Shown here: positions 1 through 10,924 of the stretch, in pieces
How positions within the stretch are numbered: position 1 is the stretch's first letter
How the letters are laid out: every line of letters begins with the position of its first letter
Origin: Candidatus Bathyarchaeota archaeon
Lineage (GTDB): Archaea; Thermoproteota; Bathyarchaeia; Bathyarchaeales; Bathycorpusculaceae
Length of the DNA stretch: 64,000 nt
Assembly (NCBI GenBank): GCA_963775465.1
Contig: CAVZIW010000003.1
Span: forward strand, 256,001 to 320,000
Direction: 5' to 3'
Notes under the pieces: model-generated
Told to the model about the DNA's origin: nothing
Database searches by the model: none
What the model saw: only the letters and a program-made list of their open reading frames with translations
Program-made: the position numbers and the translations under genes

Positions 1-926
1 TTTGCCAGACTAAAGTCTAGGTCAGCTGCAATAATTGGCACTTGGCAAAACTGCTTGACGATGCCGCATATGTCAGACTTTACATCCTTTGCCACCCACC
101 GTGTCGTTCCCACAGCTACGTTGCAAAGTGATTCAGGGTTCAAAGCGTTAATTACTGCCAAAATCGCAGTCATCTGGGTCCCTCCAGCCATCAAAACTGG
201 GCCTTGCTTTGCTCCTCCGATGACTAAGCCTGCTAATGCCGCCATCATTGGATCTCCTATGCATGAAATTGCTTTTATCGGGTTTCGTTTTAGGCTGCCG
301 AATTTTTCACCTGCCGCTTTGAGGCCAGTCTCAACTACTTTGGCCTTCAAGTTGTGTGGGTTTTCAGGAAGGGTACTGCTGACTTTTCCTTGTGCCTTTA
401 TGCCTAAAGCTGTCAAGACACCGAGTGCCGTGGTTGTTCCACCTGGGATGCTCTCGCCGATAACAAGATAATCTGCTGTTTTAGCTAACTGTTCGCCCAG
501 AATCTTAGCCCGTTCGATGACTTCTTCTACGTTATCAACTGAGTTGCCTGACCGGATATCTCTGCCAGAATTGCCTCCTAGTTCAACGTAGGGAATCTGC
601 GGTTTAACTTTCACTCCGCCATTAACGACCAGCATAGGGATGTCCGATAAATGTAGAGCCGACAACGTAATCAAGGCAGGTGTCGGAATTCCATCAGGAG
701 TGATGGGTACGCCTTGTATGGATTTACATTTGCCCAACAGTAACAATTCCGCATCTGCTGGTGGAGTGAAATCGGTGAAGTCTGGGTTTGCACCTGCCGC
801 AGACAGTCCGGGGATTTTGCCGGTTTCTGTAGTGCCTATAGTGCAGATGAAAAGTGGGTTTTTTGCTTCTATTTCGTCCATGAAGGCTTTTGCTTTCAAT
901 TCGTTATTTACAATTAAGACATCCAT
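1..926 (-). CDS. cobT: Archaeal nicotinate-nucleotide--dimethylbenzimidazole phosphoribosyltransferase (partial, runs off window start)
   Basis: Not in the ORF track. My minus-strand translation from ATG 926 gives MDVLIVNNELK...TETGKIPGLSAAGA...TPPADAE...GESIPGGTTTALGVL...LMAGGTQM, the archaeal CobT motifs. Confidence 0.9.
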   Translation of the reverse strand, partial: MDVLIVNNELKAKAFMDEIEAKNPLFICTIGTTETGKIPGLSAAGANPDFTDFTPPADAELLLLGKCKSIQGVPITPDGIPTPALITLSALHLSDIPMLVVNGGVKVKPQIPYVELGGNSGRDIRSGNSVDNVEEVIERAKILGEQLAKTADYLVIGESIPGGTTTALGVLTALGIKAQGKVSSTLPENPHNLKAKVVETGLKAAGEKFGSLKRNPIKAISCIGDPMMAALAGLVIGGAKQGPVLMAGGTQMTAILAVINALNPESLCNVAVGTTRWVAKDVKSDICGIVKQFCQVPIIAADLDFSLA

Positions 927-937
927 TGGTGTTCCCT

Positions 938-1609
938 TTACTTGGGCAAAACTTTGAATTCTTTGATTTCCAGGTATCCAAAGCCGCCTTCTATCTTATG
1001 TTTCTGTGTTTCTTGGATTTCAATCTTTTTCTTAAATGTAGGTCCGTCGGTTATCATGGTATGGTATTCGCCACCTTCTCCGCAAGCATCTACATTACCA
1101 AGTTTTAGGATGTCGTCATAGAATTTTCTGTCCAACTCTCTACCTAGCCACTCAACGCCAAGTAGGGCCAGTTTTGTGCGCACTACAGTGGCTTTGAAGC
1201 CTGTTTTGAGATAATCTAGGTAGATTGTTTTTGTATCGCCCATCCACAGGGGCTTTATTGGCATCAGACCAATTTCTTTGCAGACTCTGCCAAGCCAGCC
1301 TTCCTCATGTCCTGCCACTTCGTAGATGTCTCCTGTGACTAAGCCTTCTGCACCATGCGCTTTGCATTCAAGAAGCGCCGTTTTGAAGTCTTTCTCATAC
1401 GTTTTCGCAGAAGTTATTTTTTTGACTATAGGAATCCCGATAGCTTTAGCTTGAGTATCGAGAATACTAGATGGGATCATGTGGAAGTTTGATTTGGATT
1501 CACTCATCATCATAGTAAACAGGTTGATTGCTTGGTGTCCCTGCTGGGTCGCCAAGTAGTGTGCGTAGGCGCTGTCTTTTCCGCCGCTCCATGAAGCAAC
1601 AACTTTCAT
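938..1609 (-). CDS. Diphthine--ammonia ligase / MJ0570-type PP-loop ATPase
   Basis: SWSGGKDS PP-loop and CGEGGEYHT motif. Confidence 0.85.
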   Translation of the reverse strand: MKVVASWSGGKDSAYAHYLATQQGHQAINLFTMMMSESKSNFHMIPSSILDTQAKAIGIPIVKKITSAKTYEKDFKTALLECKAHGAEGLVTGDIYEVAGHEEGWLGRVCKEIGLMPIKPLWMGDTKTIYLDYLKTGFKATVVRTKLALLGVEWLGRELDRKFYDDILKLGNVDACGEGGEYHTMITDGPTFKKKIEIQETQKHKIEGGFGYLEIKEFKVLPK

Positions 1610-1929
1610 CTCTTTTTTCTCCTAGTTTATTTCACTTTTTTCTATTACTTGGGTTGCTATTTTTAGGTGACTGTGAAATTCGTTTGATATTAAGGAAAAT
1701 AGCTCGGAAACGAATAAGCATAAAAATAAAGTTTTGTTGGTCAAATTTATAGATAATTTGTATTTTGGCAAAACTTTGACTTGAATAGTTGAAGTTTTCT
1801 TTATGTTTAGCAAATTATCACACAGACCGTTTGGTTGGTTTATCCAACCTTTTCATATAAGCATTACGGTAAAGCAGATTCACATAACACTTAAAACAGT
1901 CTTTGTCTCTAAAAATGCTGTTGAAGTTC

Positions 1930-2412
1930 ATGAATAACCAAAACCCGCCAATGTTAACTTACCTTGAGGACAAAGGCATTTCATTGCAAGGTCTAATTGA
2001 CAGTGCATTAGAAATGTATGTCCCTCATCCAGGTGTAGAAACAGAAAAGAAAGCCACTGAATTGTTAAAAGAAGAATTCTTAAACATCCTGATGGACGTT
2101 AACGTTTCCACCCTCATAGTTGCTGCTTTCCATGCGCAAGAAGAAGCTGAAAACGGCCGAATTCCAGGCTTGACAAAGGAGCGTTTTATGGGTAGACCAG
2201 GACTAATTGCTGATGAAATTATGGGCGTAGCCTTAGCCACCTACATTGGCGGGTCAAGAGCTATGTTTGAATTCGTACGCTTCGACCAAGCAAAACCGGG
2301 TATCCTTAAGAAACTTCCGCCCTTGACAAATGACACTATAGGTGCATTGGTTGCGGGTGCATCTTCAAACGTTTATACCAATGCCTTGAAGCATATTAAA
2401 GCAAAACCCTAA
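1930..2412 (+). CDS. cobZ: Alpha-ribazole phosphatase CobZ (PgpA-like)
   Basis: DVNV...IADEIMG...YIGG...FEFVRFDQAKPGIL motifs; near cobT; start uncertain. Confidence 0.8.
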   Translation: MNNQNPPMLTYLEDKGISLQGLIDSALEMYVPHPGVETEKKATELLKEEFLNILMDVNVSTLIVAAFHAQEEAENGRIPGLTKERFMGRPGLIADEIMGVALATYIGGSRAMFEFVRFDQAKPGILKKLPPLTNDTIGALVAGASSNVYTNALKHIKAKP

Positions 2413-2501
2413 TCTTTCAATTTTTGATGCACTCGAGCTTTTCCGGCATTTACCAGAAGCTTATAATATGGTGCCGATTGAGAATTTACTTGTTGGGCTC
2501 C

Positions 2502-3659
2502 ATGGCTAAAACAAAGCTCTGTATTGTTACACACACTTTTTTGCCGCATGTTGGCGGAATCGAGAAAGTGGTCAATGAACAGAGCAAGCGATTACAGAAC
2601 AAAAATTTTGCGCCCACAATAGTAACAAACAGAATAGATACCCCAAAACGCTACGTGGTTGATGACATACCTGTCAACTGCTATGAATCTTTGAACACGG
2701 GATTTCGACTGGGGATACCTTATTCGATTCCAACGGTGCCAAGCTTTGAAACCTTTGTTAAAGAAGTAAAATCAAGTGGAATAGTTCACGCTCATGGACA
2801 CCCATATCTGACCTCGTTAACAGCCGCCAGGTTAGCCAAACTATACGACAAACCCTTTGTGCTTACCCAACATAACACCTTCATCGATTACAACAACATC
2901 TTTGACTACGTTGAGCGACTTAACGATTTAACCGTTGGAAAACTGAATCTAAAAGCTGCAGACAAAATCATCGCAATAAGCGGCGCTACAAAAGACTATG
3001 TTTTAAGGTTAGGTGCCAAACCAAGCAAGGTTAAAGTAATCTACAACGGTGTGGACTTGAAGAAGTTTCGCCTAAACATAGAAAAACGGGCGGAGATGCG
3101 AAAGAAACTTGGTATTCCCAAAGATGCTGTTGTCGCATTGACGGTTCGACGACTGGTTTACAAGAATGGAATAGACACACTAATCGATAGTGCTAATGAA
3201 ATCATCAAAAAGAACCCCCTTATCCAATTTCTGGTTGTAGGAAAGGGACCGGACATGGAAAACATAAAGATGCAAGTTACGCAATTGGGGCTTTCATCGA
3301 ATTTTAGGCTGGCTGGTTTTGTAAGCGATGATGATTTGCCCTCTTATTATAACTTAGCTGACCTTTTCGTGTTGCCTTCTAAATCAGGTGAAGGTTTGCC
3401 GCTAGTTGCTCTTGAAGCTATGGCATGCGGACTTCCAGTGATAGCAACAGATGTTGGGGGCATAAGAGAAATTCTAATGGAAAAGTATGGGAAATTAGTG
3501 CCACCTAACCAGCCTGAGTTACTTGCAGCAGCAATTTTGGATTTCGCTTCAATTGATTTCTCTACACACAAGATGGACCTTAGAGCAATGGTCGAAAAAC
3601 ACTTCAGTTGGGATTCAAATGTTGAAAAACTCATCGAAATATACGAAGAGCTTATTTAA
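2502..3659 (+). CDS. GT4 family glycosyltransferase
   Basis: PHVGGIE N-terminus and EGLPLVALEAMACGLPVIATDVGG motif. Confidence 0.9.
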   Translation: MAKTKLCIVTHTFLPHVGGIEKVVNEQSKRLQNKNFAPTIVTNRIDTPKRYVVDDIPVNCYESLNTGFRLGIPYSIPTVPSFETFVKEVKSSGIVHAHGHPYLTSLTAARLAKLYDKPFVLTQHNTFIDYNNIFDYVERLNDLTVGKLNLKAADKIIAISGATKDYVLRLGAKPSKVKVIYNGVDLKKFRLNIEKRAEMRKKLGIPKDAVVALTVRRLVYKNGIDTLIDSANEIIKKNPLIQFLVVGKGPDMENIKMQVTQLGLSSNFRLAGFVSDDDLPSYYNLADLFVLPSKSGEGLPLVALEAMACGLPVIATDVGGIREILMEKYGKLVPPNQPELLAAAILDFASIDFSTHKMDLRAMVEKHFSWDSNVEKLIEIYEELI

Positions 3660-3705
3660 CAATGTGACGGAAACATATTAGCCTTTGAAAAATGGAAGAG
3701 AGTCA

Positions 3706-4443
3706 ATGACATCAAAAGTTGAAATGGTATCAGTAGTAATTCCCACCTTAAACGAAGCAGGCACCATTTTTGAAGCTGTCACAACCATCCACAAGAACTT
3801 GCATTATCCCCACGAAATAATCATAGTTGACAGCAACTCAACAGACGGAACAATAGAAATTGTTAAAGACACAAAATTCTGCAGACTAATAATTGAACCA
3901 AGACGAGGTTACGGTATTGCCCTTAGAACAGGAATGAAAAATGCCAAAGGCAACATCATCGTTATGGTTGATGCTGACGGAACTTATGAATTCAAGCATA
4001 TCCAACGTTTGCTCGACCACATGGTTGCGAAAGATGCAGACATGGTCTTAGGCACCCGAATGTACGACCCCAAAAAGGCCATGGGCTTCTTTAACTTCCT
4101 TGGTAACAAAGTGATTACTTTCTGTTTTGACTTTTGTTATAGCCAATTTCTAAGTGATTCTCAGTCTGGTTTTAGAGCAATCAGCCATCAAGCAATAGAT
4201 AGGGTAAAACTGAAAGAAACTGACATGGCGTTTGCAACAGAAATGCTAATACAGTTCGCCAAAGAGGGCTATTCTATGATGGAAATCCCTACAACTTACA
4301 AACATAGAAGTTATGGAAAAACAAAGCTTAAACCATTTAAATCTGGGATTCAGATATTTAGCACTATGTTTAAGGGGCTTTTGGATGCGGATACAATTAG
4401 AAAGTGTCAACAGAATTGGAAAAAGAATCGGCTTAACCGGTGA
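3706..4443 (+). CDS. GT2 glycosyltransferase (dolichol-phosphate mannosyltransferase-like)
   Basis: VVIPTLNE, DSNSTDGT, DADGTY, DSQSGFRA motifs. Confidence 0.9.
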   Translation: MTSKVEMVSVVIPTLNEAGTIFEAVTTIHKNLHYPHEIIIVDSNSTDGTIEIVKDTKFCRLIIEPRRGYGIALRTGMKNAKGNIIVMVDADGTYEFKHIQRLLDHMVAKDADMVLGTRMYDPKKAMGFFNFLGNKVITFCFDFCYSQFLSDSQSGFRAISHQAIDRVKLKETDMAFATEMLIQFAKEGYSMMEIPTTYKHRSYGKTKLKPFKSGIQIFSTMFKGLLDADTIRKCQQNWKKNRLNR

Positions 4444-4906
4444 AAAAAGCTACTTACTGGCTATATTTCTAGCGTTGATTATAGTTTCTGTTATCATTGG
4501 GGGTTATTATATAGTTTTTAAACCCCAGCCGGAACCATATAATACAATTTACTTGTTGAACTCGCAGAAGCAAGCAGACGATTATCCTCAAGTTTTGATT
4601 GTAGACCAGAACAGCACTTTTAGTGTATACGTTAATGTAGAAAACCATATGGGCGGAATTCGAAATCAGACCTATCAGGTTCAAGTCAAAATTTCTCAGA
4701 ATTTTTTATCCTTTCCAGTTCCAACTGAACCGATTTACGTTTATAACTTGAGTCTATCAGATGGCGATACTTGGAGTAATTTGGTCACAGTCACGGAGAA
4801 TAATGTTGGAAGTTACTGGGTGATTTTCGAGCTTTATCAAAATAATAACGGTGGTCTTGTATTTACTGAGGACTATTGTGTTTTGAACATTGAAGTGATG
4901 AACTAA
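4385..4906 (+). CDS. DUF1616-like membrane-anchored protein
   Basis: N-terminal TM helix then PEPYNTIYLL...VENHMG...VIFELY beta-rich domain; start uncertain. Confidence 0.6.
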   Translation: MRIQLESVNRIGKRIGLTGEKSYLLAIFLALIIVSVIIGGYYIVFKPQPEPYNTIYLLNSQKQADDYPQVLIVDQNSTFSVYVNVENHMGGIRNQTYQVQVKISQNFLSFPVPTEPIYVYNLSLSDGDTWSNLVTVTENNVGSYWVIFELYQNNNGGLVFTEDYCVLNIEVMN

Positions 4907-5077
4907 ACTATTAAAATATCGCTATTATTGCCTTTAATTTTGTCAATTTTTTTCTTTAGTTGCAATTCAAAACTGTTTAATCGCTTTATCCTGACTTTTG
5001 CTTTTATAGGAAAGGTTTTTAGTGTAGTTATTGTATGAGTCTGTGAAAAAGCGTATAGTGTAAAGTGAGGTTAAATT

Positions 5078-5806
5078 ATGTCTGTATTTGCAGCACCAGG
5101 AGCATATGATCGCGCCATTACAGTTTTCTCGCCTGATGGTAGACTTTTCCAAGTAGAATACGCGATGGAACTTGTGAACCGTGGAGCCACCATACTTGGC
5201 ATCCAAACCGCAGAAGGGTTAGTTCTCGGTTCCGAAGAGAACCTTGAAGTACTCGAAGAAGCAGGTTACTCTTGGAAAATTTTCAGAGTGGATGACCACA
5301 TTGGAGCAGCCATCGTTGGTTTAAGTTCAGATGCAAGAATTCTAATTGATCAAGCACGTATCTATGCTCAAAGTAATAAACTAACTTATGATGAACCCAT
5401 CGATATAGAAGTTGTAACTAAACGTATTTGTGATATCCAACAAATGTACACCCAACATGCAGGTGTAAGACCATTTGGCGTTAGCATAATTTTCGGCGGA
5501 GTCGACAAGACTGGACCACGTGTCTTCGGCACACATCCGAGTGGAACATACCGTGGATATAAAGCAACAGCACTCGGTGCAGGTAGGGAAATCGTTTTTA
5601 ACATTCTAAAAGAAGAATACAAAGAAGAAATGAGCTTAACCGACACCACAAAACTTGCAGTAAAATGCTTAGTTAAAGCGTTGGACTCACGTCAGTTGCC
5701 AGCAAGAATAAAAATTGCGATCATCCCGACAAAGACTAAGAAAATGGAAATGCTAGACGACAACGTTGTAGAAGGTTACATAAAAGAACTGGGTTCAAGC
5801 AAGTGA
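5078..5806 (+). CDS. psmA: Proteasome alpha subunit
   Basis: YDRAITVFSPDGRLFQVEYA signature. Confidence 0.98.
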   Translation: MSVFAAPGAYDRAITVFSPDGRLFQVEYAMELVNRGATILGIQTAEGLVLGSEENLEVLEEAGYSWKIFRVDDHIGAAIVGLSSDARILIDQARIYAQSNKLTYDEPIDIEVVTKRICDIQQMYTQHAGVRPFGVSIIFGGVDKTGPRVFGTHPSGTYRGYKATALGAGREIVFNILKEEYKEEMSLTDTTKLAVKCLVKALDSRQLPARIKIAIIPTKTKKMEMLDDNVVEGYIKELGSSK

Positions 5807-5813
5807 AAACCCA

Positions 5814-6503
5814 ATGAGTGAAAAGTTCACCGTCGCTCGCTTAACAAGAGAAAACGAACACTTTGAAATCCTGATTAAACCACAAAAAGCGCTCGACTAC
5901 CGCAACGGCAAAATCTCTGGCATAACTGAGGTTTTAGCCGCTGAAATTATTTTTTCTGATGCAAACAAAGGAACAAAAGTCTCCGAAGATTCAATGAAAA
6001 AAGCCTTCAACACAGTCGACCCACTCAAGATTGCTGATGAAATCTTAAAAAAAGGTACTCTACAACTAACGACTGACCAAAGAAGAAAAATGGTAGATGA
6101 CAAAAAAAGACAAGTAATCGATTTTATTGCAAGGCAAGCGGTTGACCCAAAAACTAACTTGCCTCATCCCCCAATGCGCATCGAAAACGCAATGGATCAA
6201 ATCCGTTACCCCATTGACCCCTTTAAGCCTGTCGAAGAACAGGCCAGAGATATTGTTAAACTTCTTCGCCCAATTTTGCCTTTAAAAATTGAACAAGTTG
6301 TTGTTGCGGTAAGAATCCCAACACAATACGCAGCCAGAGCTTATGGCGCAGTCAAAACATTGGGTACAATTAAAAAAGAAGAGTGGCGCGGTGACGGCTC
6401 TTGGTATGGTGAAATAGAAATTCCCGCCGGAGTTTATGCTTCACTGTTAAATAAGCTTGGTGATGTAACCAAGGGAAGTGGAGAAGCAAAAATAATCTCT
6501 TAA
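5814..6503 (+). CDS. Ribosome maturation factor SBDS/Sdo1
   Basis: HFEILI, QLTTDQRR, PHPPMRIENAM; conserved position after psmA. Confidence 0.95.
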   Translation: MSEKFTVARLTRENEHFEILIKPQKALDYRNGKISGITEVLAAEIIFSDANKGTKVSEDSMKKAFNTVDPLKIADEILKKGTLQLTTDQRRKMVDDKKRQVIDFIARQAVDPKTNLPHPPMRIENAMDQIRYPIDPFKPVEEQARDIVKLLRPILPLKIEQVVVAVRIPTQYAARAYGAVKTLGTIKKEEWRGDGSWYGEIEIPAGVYASLLNKLGDVTKGSGEAKIIS

Positions 6504-6529
6504 AGTAACGAAAAATATGAAGTGATTTT

Positions 6530-7246
6530 ATGCCAACATTCTTTGAAAAAAAACAGCTTGTTACGCCCGGAGAAATGCTCGCTGAAGGCGACTATTTGCC
6601 TGGCGAAAACACGTATGCAGAAGCAGGCAAGATCTATGCCTCGAGGATTGGACTCGTAGACAGTGACAATAAAAAAGTAAACGTAGTTGCACTGAAAGCA
6701 TTTTACGTGCCTAAAATGGGTGACATTATAATTGGAACCGTCGCGGAAGTTGGATTCAACGGCTGGACAATCAATATAAAAGGACCCTACACGGCGCTGT
6801 TACGGGCATCAGATGTATTAAGTAGACCCTTTAAACCTCAAAACGACGAATTGTCCGCAGTTCTCAACGCAGGCGACTTAATCGTCGCCAAAATCGCATC
6901 CTACGATCGAGCACATGACCCGCAATTAACAGTAGGAGAACCAGGATTAGGAAAAATTACCCGCGGCCAAATAATGTATGTTACACCAACAAAGATTCCT
7001 CGAATAATTGGGCGAAAAGGCTCCATGATTTCAATGATAAAACAGGTGACTAACTGCCAAATTATCTTAGGCTTGAACGGTGTAATCTTGGTTACAGGTA
7101 AAAGTGAGGAAGACGAGGAACTGGCTATCACCGCGATTCGAAAAATTGAGGCAGAATCCCACACTAGCGGTCTTACCGATCGCATTACCCAGTTATTGAA
7201 AGAAAAGAAACCAGAAGCAAAAGTGGAGGAAAACAAAGTTGAATGA
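6530..7246 (+). CDS. rrp4: Exosome RNA-binding subunit Rrp4
   Basis: S1 + KH domain ([12 protein letters not shown]); operon context. Confidence 0.95.
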   Translation: MPTFFEKKQLVTPGEMLAEGDYLPGENTYAEAGKIYASRIGLVDSDNKKVNVVALKAFYVPKMGDIIIGTVAEVGFNGWTINIKGPYTALLRASDVLSRPFKPQNDELSAVLNAGDLIVAKIASYDRAHDPQLTVGEPGLGKITRGQIMYVTPTKIPRIIGRKGSMISMIKQVTNCQIILGLNGVILVTGKSEEDEELAITAIRKIEAESHTSGLTDRITQLLKEKKPEAKVEENKVE

Positions 7247-7973
7247 AAAAACAGAAAAATTAATTGACAAAAAAGGCATCAGATTGGACGGCAGAAAAGC
7301 GGATGAACTGCGTTCTATAAAACTTCAAGTAGGTGTGCTCTCAAACGCTGACGGTTCAGCTTATGTTGAACACGGAAAAAACAAAATCTTGGCAGCCGCA
7401 TTTGGTCCAAGAGAAATGCATCCAAAACATCTTGCCCAACCAGACCGCATGGTTCTACGTTGCAGATATCATATGGCCCCTTTCAGCGTACCCGAAAGAA
7501 AATCGCCCGCTCCATCCAGAAGAGAAGTTGAACTTAGCAAAGTCATCAAAGAATCCCTTGAACCTGCACTCTTCCTTGAACTCTACCCGCGAACAGGTGT
7601 GGATGTTTTTATTGAAGTCTTACAGGCAGATGGAGGAACAAGGTGTGCAAGCATTACCGCTGCAGCTCTTGCAATCGCTGACGCTGGTGTTCCAATGAAA
7701 GACCTAGTTGTTGCATGTGCCGCCGGCAAAGTGGAAGATAAAGTAGTCCTTGACCTATTCGATGCAGAAGACAAACTTGGTGCTGCAGACGTTCCAGTTG
7801 CTTACATGCCAAACTTAAACGCAGTTACTCTGCTTCAGATGGATGGTATCCTAACTCCAGACGAGTTCGAGAAAGCAGTAAACATGGCGATTGATGGATG
7901 CAAAAAAATCTATGAGTTGCAAAAAGAAGCACTTAAAACGAAATATATGGTTATTAAAGAGGTTGAAGAATAA
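7239..7973 (+). CDS. rrp41: Exosome subunit Rrp41
   Basis: RNase PH fold: [19 protein letters not shown]. Confidence 0.97.
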   Translation: MNEKTEKLIDKKGIRLDGRKADELRSIKLQVGVLSNADGSAYVEHGKNKILAAAFGPREMHPKHLAQPDRMVLRCRYHMAPFSVPERKSPAPSRREVELSKVIKESLEPALFLELYPRTGVDVFIEVLQADGGTRCASITAAALAIADAGVPMKDLVVACAAGKVEDKVVLDLFDAEDKLGAADVPVAYMPNLNAVTLLQMDGILTPDEFEKAVNMAIDGCKKIYELQKEALKTKYMVIKEVEE

Positions 7974-8765
7974 ATGTCCTCACTTGTAACAAAAGTTAAA
8001 TTGAAGCAAATCGAACAGATCATCGAAAAAGGCAAACGTCTAGATGATCGAAGCTTAACGGATTACCGAGAAATCAAGATTGAACAAGGCGTTATCGAAA
8101 AAGCAGAAGGCTCAGCTCGAGTTCTACTCGGAAAAACTCAAGTATTGGTCGGCGTAAAAGTTGAAACAGGCGAACCCTTCCCTGACACTCCAAATAATGG
8201 TGTAATGACTGTCAACGCTGAACTTGTGCCGCTAGCTTCTCCAAACTTTGAGCCAGGTCCGCCTGACGAAAACAGTATTGAGTTAGCTCGAGTTGTTGAC
8301 CGTGGTATTAGAGAGTCGCATGCTATTGACACAGAGAAACTCTGTATCGAACCTGGCAAGAAAGTCTTTGTTGTTTTTGTCGATGTTTATGTACTCAATC
8401 ATGATGGAAACTTGATTGATGCTTCTGCAATAGCTGCTGTCGCTGCTTTAATGAACACTAAAATGCCAAACTATGAAATCAAAGACGGGGAATTAAAAAT
8501 CAAACAAGGCTACACGACTCTTCCTATGAAAAGTCACCCCATAACTGTTACCATCGGAAAAATCAACGGTCACCTAATCGTAGACCCGTGGATCGAGGAA
8601 GAATCTGTTATGGACTCACGTATTACTTTCGCAACCAATGAAGACGGTAACATCTGTGCAATTCAGAAAGGTGGCTCTAGCTATTTCACACCGCAACAGA
8701 TTTTAGAAGCATCAAAGATTGCTCTGGCAAAAGCAACAGAATTGCGAAAAAAGTTCGATTGGTGA
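7974..8765 (+). CDS. rrp42: Exosome subunit Rrp42
   Basis: PFPDTP, ELARVVDRGIRES, HDGNLIDA. Confidence 0.97.
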   Translation: MSSLVTKVKLKQIEQIIEKGKRLDDRSLTDYREIKIEQGVIEKAEGSARVLLGKTQVLVGVKVETGEPFPDTPNNGVMTVNAELVPLASPNFEPGPPDENSIELARVVDRGIRESHAIDTEKLCIEPGKKVFVVFVDVYVLNHDGNLIDASAIAAVAALMNTKMPNYEIKDGELKIKQGYTTLPMKSHPITVTIGKINGHLIVDPWIEEESVMDSRITFATNEDGNICAIQKGGSSYFTPQQILEASKIALAKATELRKKFDW

Positions 8766-8773
8766 AATAAAAG

Positions 8774-9109
8774 TTGCCGAAAACCAAGAAAGTAGGACCG
8801 ACCAGAGGGTTTGGTCCACGTTATGGTTCTACAGTACGGAAACGCTACATTAGAGTGATAGCTGGGCTCAAAAAACCTCACAGATGCCCTCAATGCGGTT
8901 TTGTCCGCGTAAGACGTGAAAGCGTTGGGATCTGGAAGTGCAGTAAATGCGAGTTCACCTTTGCAGGCGGAGCATACACACCAAGTACTAAACTCGGTGT
9001 GGTAGCAAAAAGAGCAGCCAAAGGTACGCGATTTGAAGAAGAAACAAGAGAAGCGGCGCCAACTGAAGTACCCGTTGTTGAATCGGCAACTGAAGAAGAA
9101 ACCGATTAA
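8774..9109 (+). CDS. rpl37ae: 50S ribosomal protein L37Ae (eL43) with acidic C-terminal tail
   Basis: FGPRYG, CPQC...GIWKCSKC...GGAY zinc ribbon. Confidence 0.95.
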   Translation: MPKTKKVGPTRGFGPRYGSTVRKRYIRVIAGLKKPHRCPQCGFVRVRRESVGIWKCSKCEFTFAGGAYTPSTKLGVVAKRAAKGTRFEEETREAAPTEVPVVESATEEETD

Positions 9110-9183
9110 ATTTTCTTTTACTTTTTATTTCTTTTAGTATTTACTTATTTAACTTAACTTTCTACTACGTTCTGGGACGCTGA

Positions 9184-9441
9184 ATGTTAATCGGAGCAAA
9201 AGCCAAAATAAGATTAAAATTCACAAACCAAAAGCAAATTAATGCTGTCTTAGAAGCTTTAACACCTGAAGCGAACTCGCCTTTAAGCCATCGTGGGAAC
9301 GTCAGGTTACAAGAAGACGGATTATTTCTTGTTTTGTTATTTGAGGCGGAAGATACGGTTGCGCTTCGAGCTATATTGAACGCTTATTTACATTGGATAA
9401 ACTCTATCATCAATGTAATTCACATATTTAGCTCCTCTTAA
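9184..9441 (+). CDS. pcc1: KEOPS complex subunit Pcc1
   Basis: ALTPE...AEDTVALRAILNAYLHWI; superoperon position. Confidence 0.85.
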   Translation: MLIGAKAKIRLKFTNQKQINAVLEALTPEANSPLSHRGNVRLQEDGLFLVLLFEAEDTVALRAILNAYLHWINSIINVIHIFSSS

Positions 9442-9848
9442 CTGCTCAAAAAGACATATTCTTCAAAATACGCTATTTGCTTCTCTGGAATAGAATGTTG
9501 TTTGGTAACAAGCCTCAAGATCAATAATACGTCGAATCCTAAAAGACCATGCATGTATTTATAGAAATATCTGGTGGATTTGGTTTGTTACACTTTGACC
9601 ATTTGCGGCATGAGTGACATAATACTGATATCAGGAGACGATAGCAATTGATTGCTAAGGCTTCCAATCGGTGCTTTCGTTGCTTTGTAGTTGTATTTAT
9701 GTTTCTGTTGCATCTTGTTTTTTCAATGAAGGTTGCAATAATCAATGTTTTTCTTTTACGGTTGATGATTGTTTTTGGAAAGGAAGGTTTAAATAAATAC
9801 TGACTCATTTCGTATATGCTTCAACCTAAAAACGGATGAAAAACTTAG

Positions 9849-10328
9849 ATGTCACAGGAATATCGTTACATACTTCGTATCATGGGCGCCGACGTTCAAG
9901 GTACCCTTAAGACTTCTTACGCAGTGGCAGAAGTTAAAGGCGTCAGCGCAAGCCTTTCGAACGCAATTCTCAAGAAGGCAGGCGTTAACCCTGATCTGCG
10001 AGCAGGCTTTTTAACAGACTCAGATGTCAACAAAATAGAAGACGTTATTCGGGAACCAGCAAAATATGGAATACCAAGCTGGATGTTTAACCGCCGAAAA
10101 GACACAGAGTCTGGAAAAGATACCCATCTTATAAGCTCTGAATTACTTTTCAAAATTAAAACTGACATTGATGGAGCCAAAGCAATCAGGTCTTGGCGTG
10201 GATACCGCCATGCTTACAGCCTGAAAGTTAGAGGCCAAAGAACCAAGACAACAGGACGCGCAGGCAAATCCTTAGGCGTCAAGAAAAAGACTCTAATGCA
10301 AAAGTCCGGTTCTGAAGGAGGCAAATAA
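9849..10328 (+). CDS. rps13: 30S ribosomal protein S13
   Basis: SWRGYRHAYSLKVRGQRTKTTGR. Confidence 0.98.
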   Translation: MSQEYRYILRIMGADVQGTLKTSYAVAEVKGVSASLSNAILKKAGVNPDLRAGFLTDSDVNKIEDVIREPAKYGIPSWMFNRRKDTESGKDTHLISSELLFKIKTDIDGAKAIRSWRGYRHAYSLKVRGQRTKTTGRAGKSLGVKKKTLMQKSGSEGGK

Positions 10329-10330
10329 GC

Positions 10331-10924
10331 ATGGGAGATCCAAAGAAACAACGTAAGAAATTCGATACGCCACGTTTTCGATGGCGTAAAGATATCCTCC
10401 AAGAGGAACTAAAACTTCTAGGACAATATGGTCTACGGAATAAACATGAACTCTGGCGACTAAAAACTACCCTGTCAAAGAGCAGAGGCATCGCTCGTTC
10501 ACTAATTAGCAAAACTCCTGAAGACCGCGAAAAAATGGAAAACGAACTTCTCACACGCTTAAAGAAACTTGGTATCTTACAAGAAACTGCTGTTCTGGAC
10601 AATGTTCTTGACTTAACAATCGAAGACATCTTGGAACGAAGACTACAAACCATTATTTTCCGCAAAGGTTTAGCACGTACTATATTTCAATCGCGTCAAT
10701 TAATCACTCACGGACACATAACCATTGATAACCGTAGAGTAACACTGCCTGGATTCATCGTGCCAAAAGAAGAAGAATCCAAAATCGTCTATTCACCTGA
10801 AAGCGCAATTGCAAGTCAAACACATGCATTGCGACTTGGATTAGCGGTGGTAGCTAAACAACCTGTAATCAGACCGCCTGCACGAGGAGGTCGGAGAGGC
10901 GGACGAGGAGGTCGCAGATTCTGA
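10331..10924 (+). CDS. rps4: 30S ribosomal protein S4
   Basis: [31 protein letters not shown]. Confidence 0.98.
   Translation: MGDPKKQRKKFDTPRFRWRKDILQEELKLLGQYGLRNKHELWRLKTTLSKSRGIARSLISKTPEDREKMENELLTRLKKLGILQETAVLDNVLDLTIEDILERRLQTIIFRKGLARTIFQSRQLITHGHITIDNRRVTLPGFIVPKEEESKIVYSPESAIASQTHALRLGLAVVAKQPVIRPPARGGRRGGRGGRRF

Noticed and set aside
55-957. Plus-strand ORFs 55-471 and 640-957
   Set aside because: Antisense shadows of cobT, which the ORF track missed because it runs off the window
9539-9808. 89-aa minus-strand ORF between pcc1 and rps13
   Set aside because: No recognisable motif; product of T/G-skewed intergenic DNA overlapping the rps13 promoter
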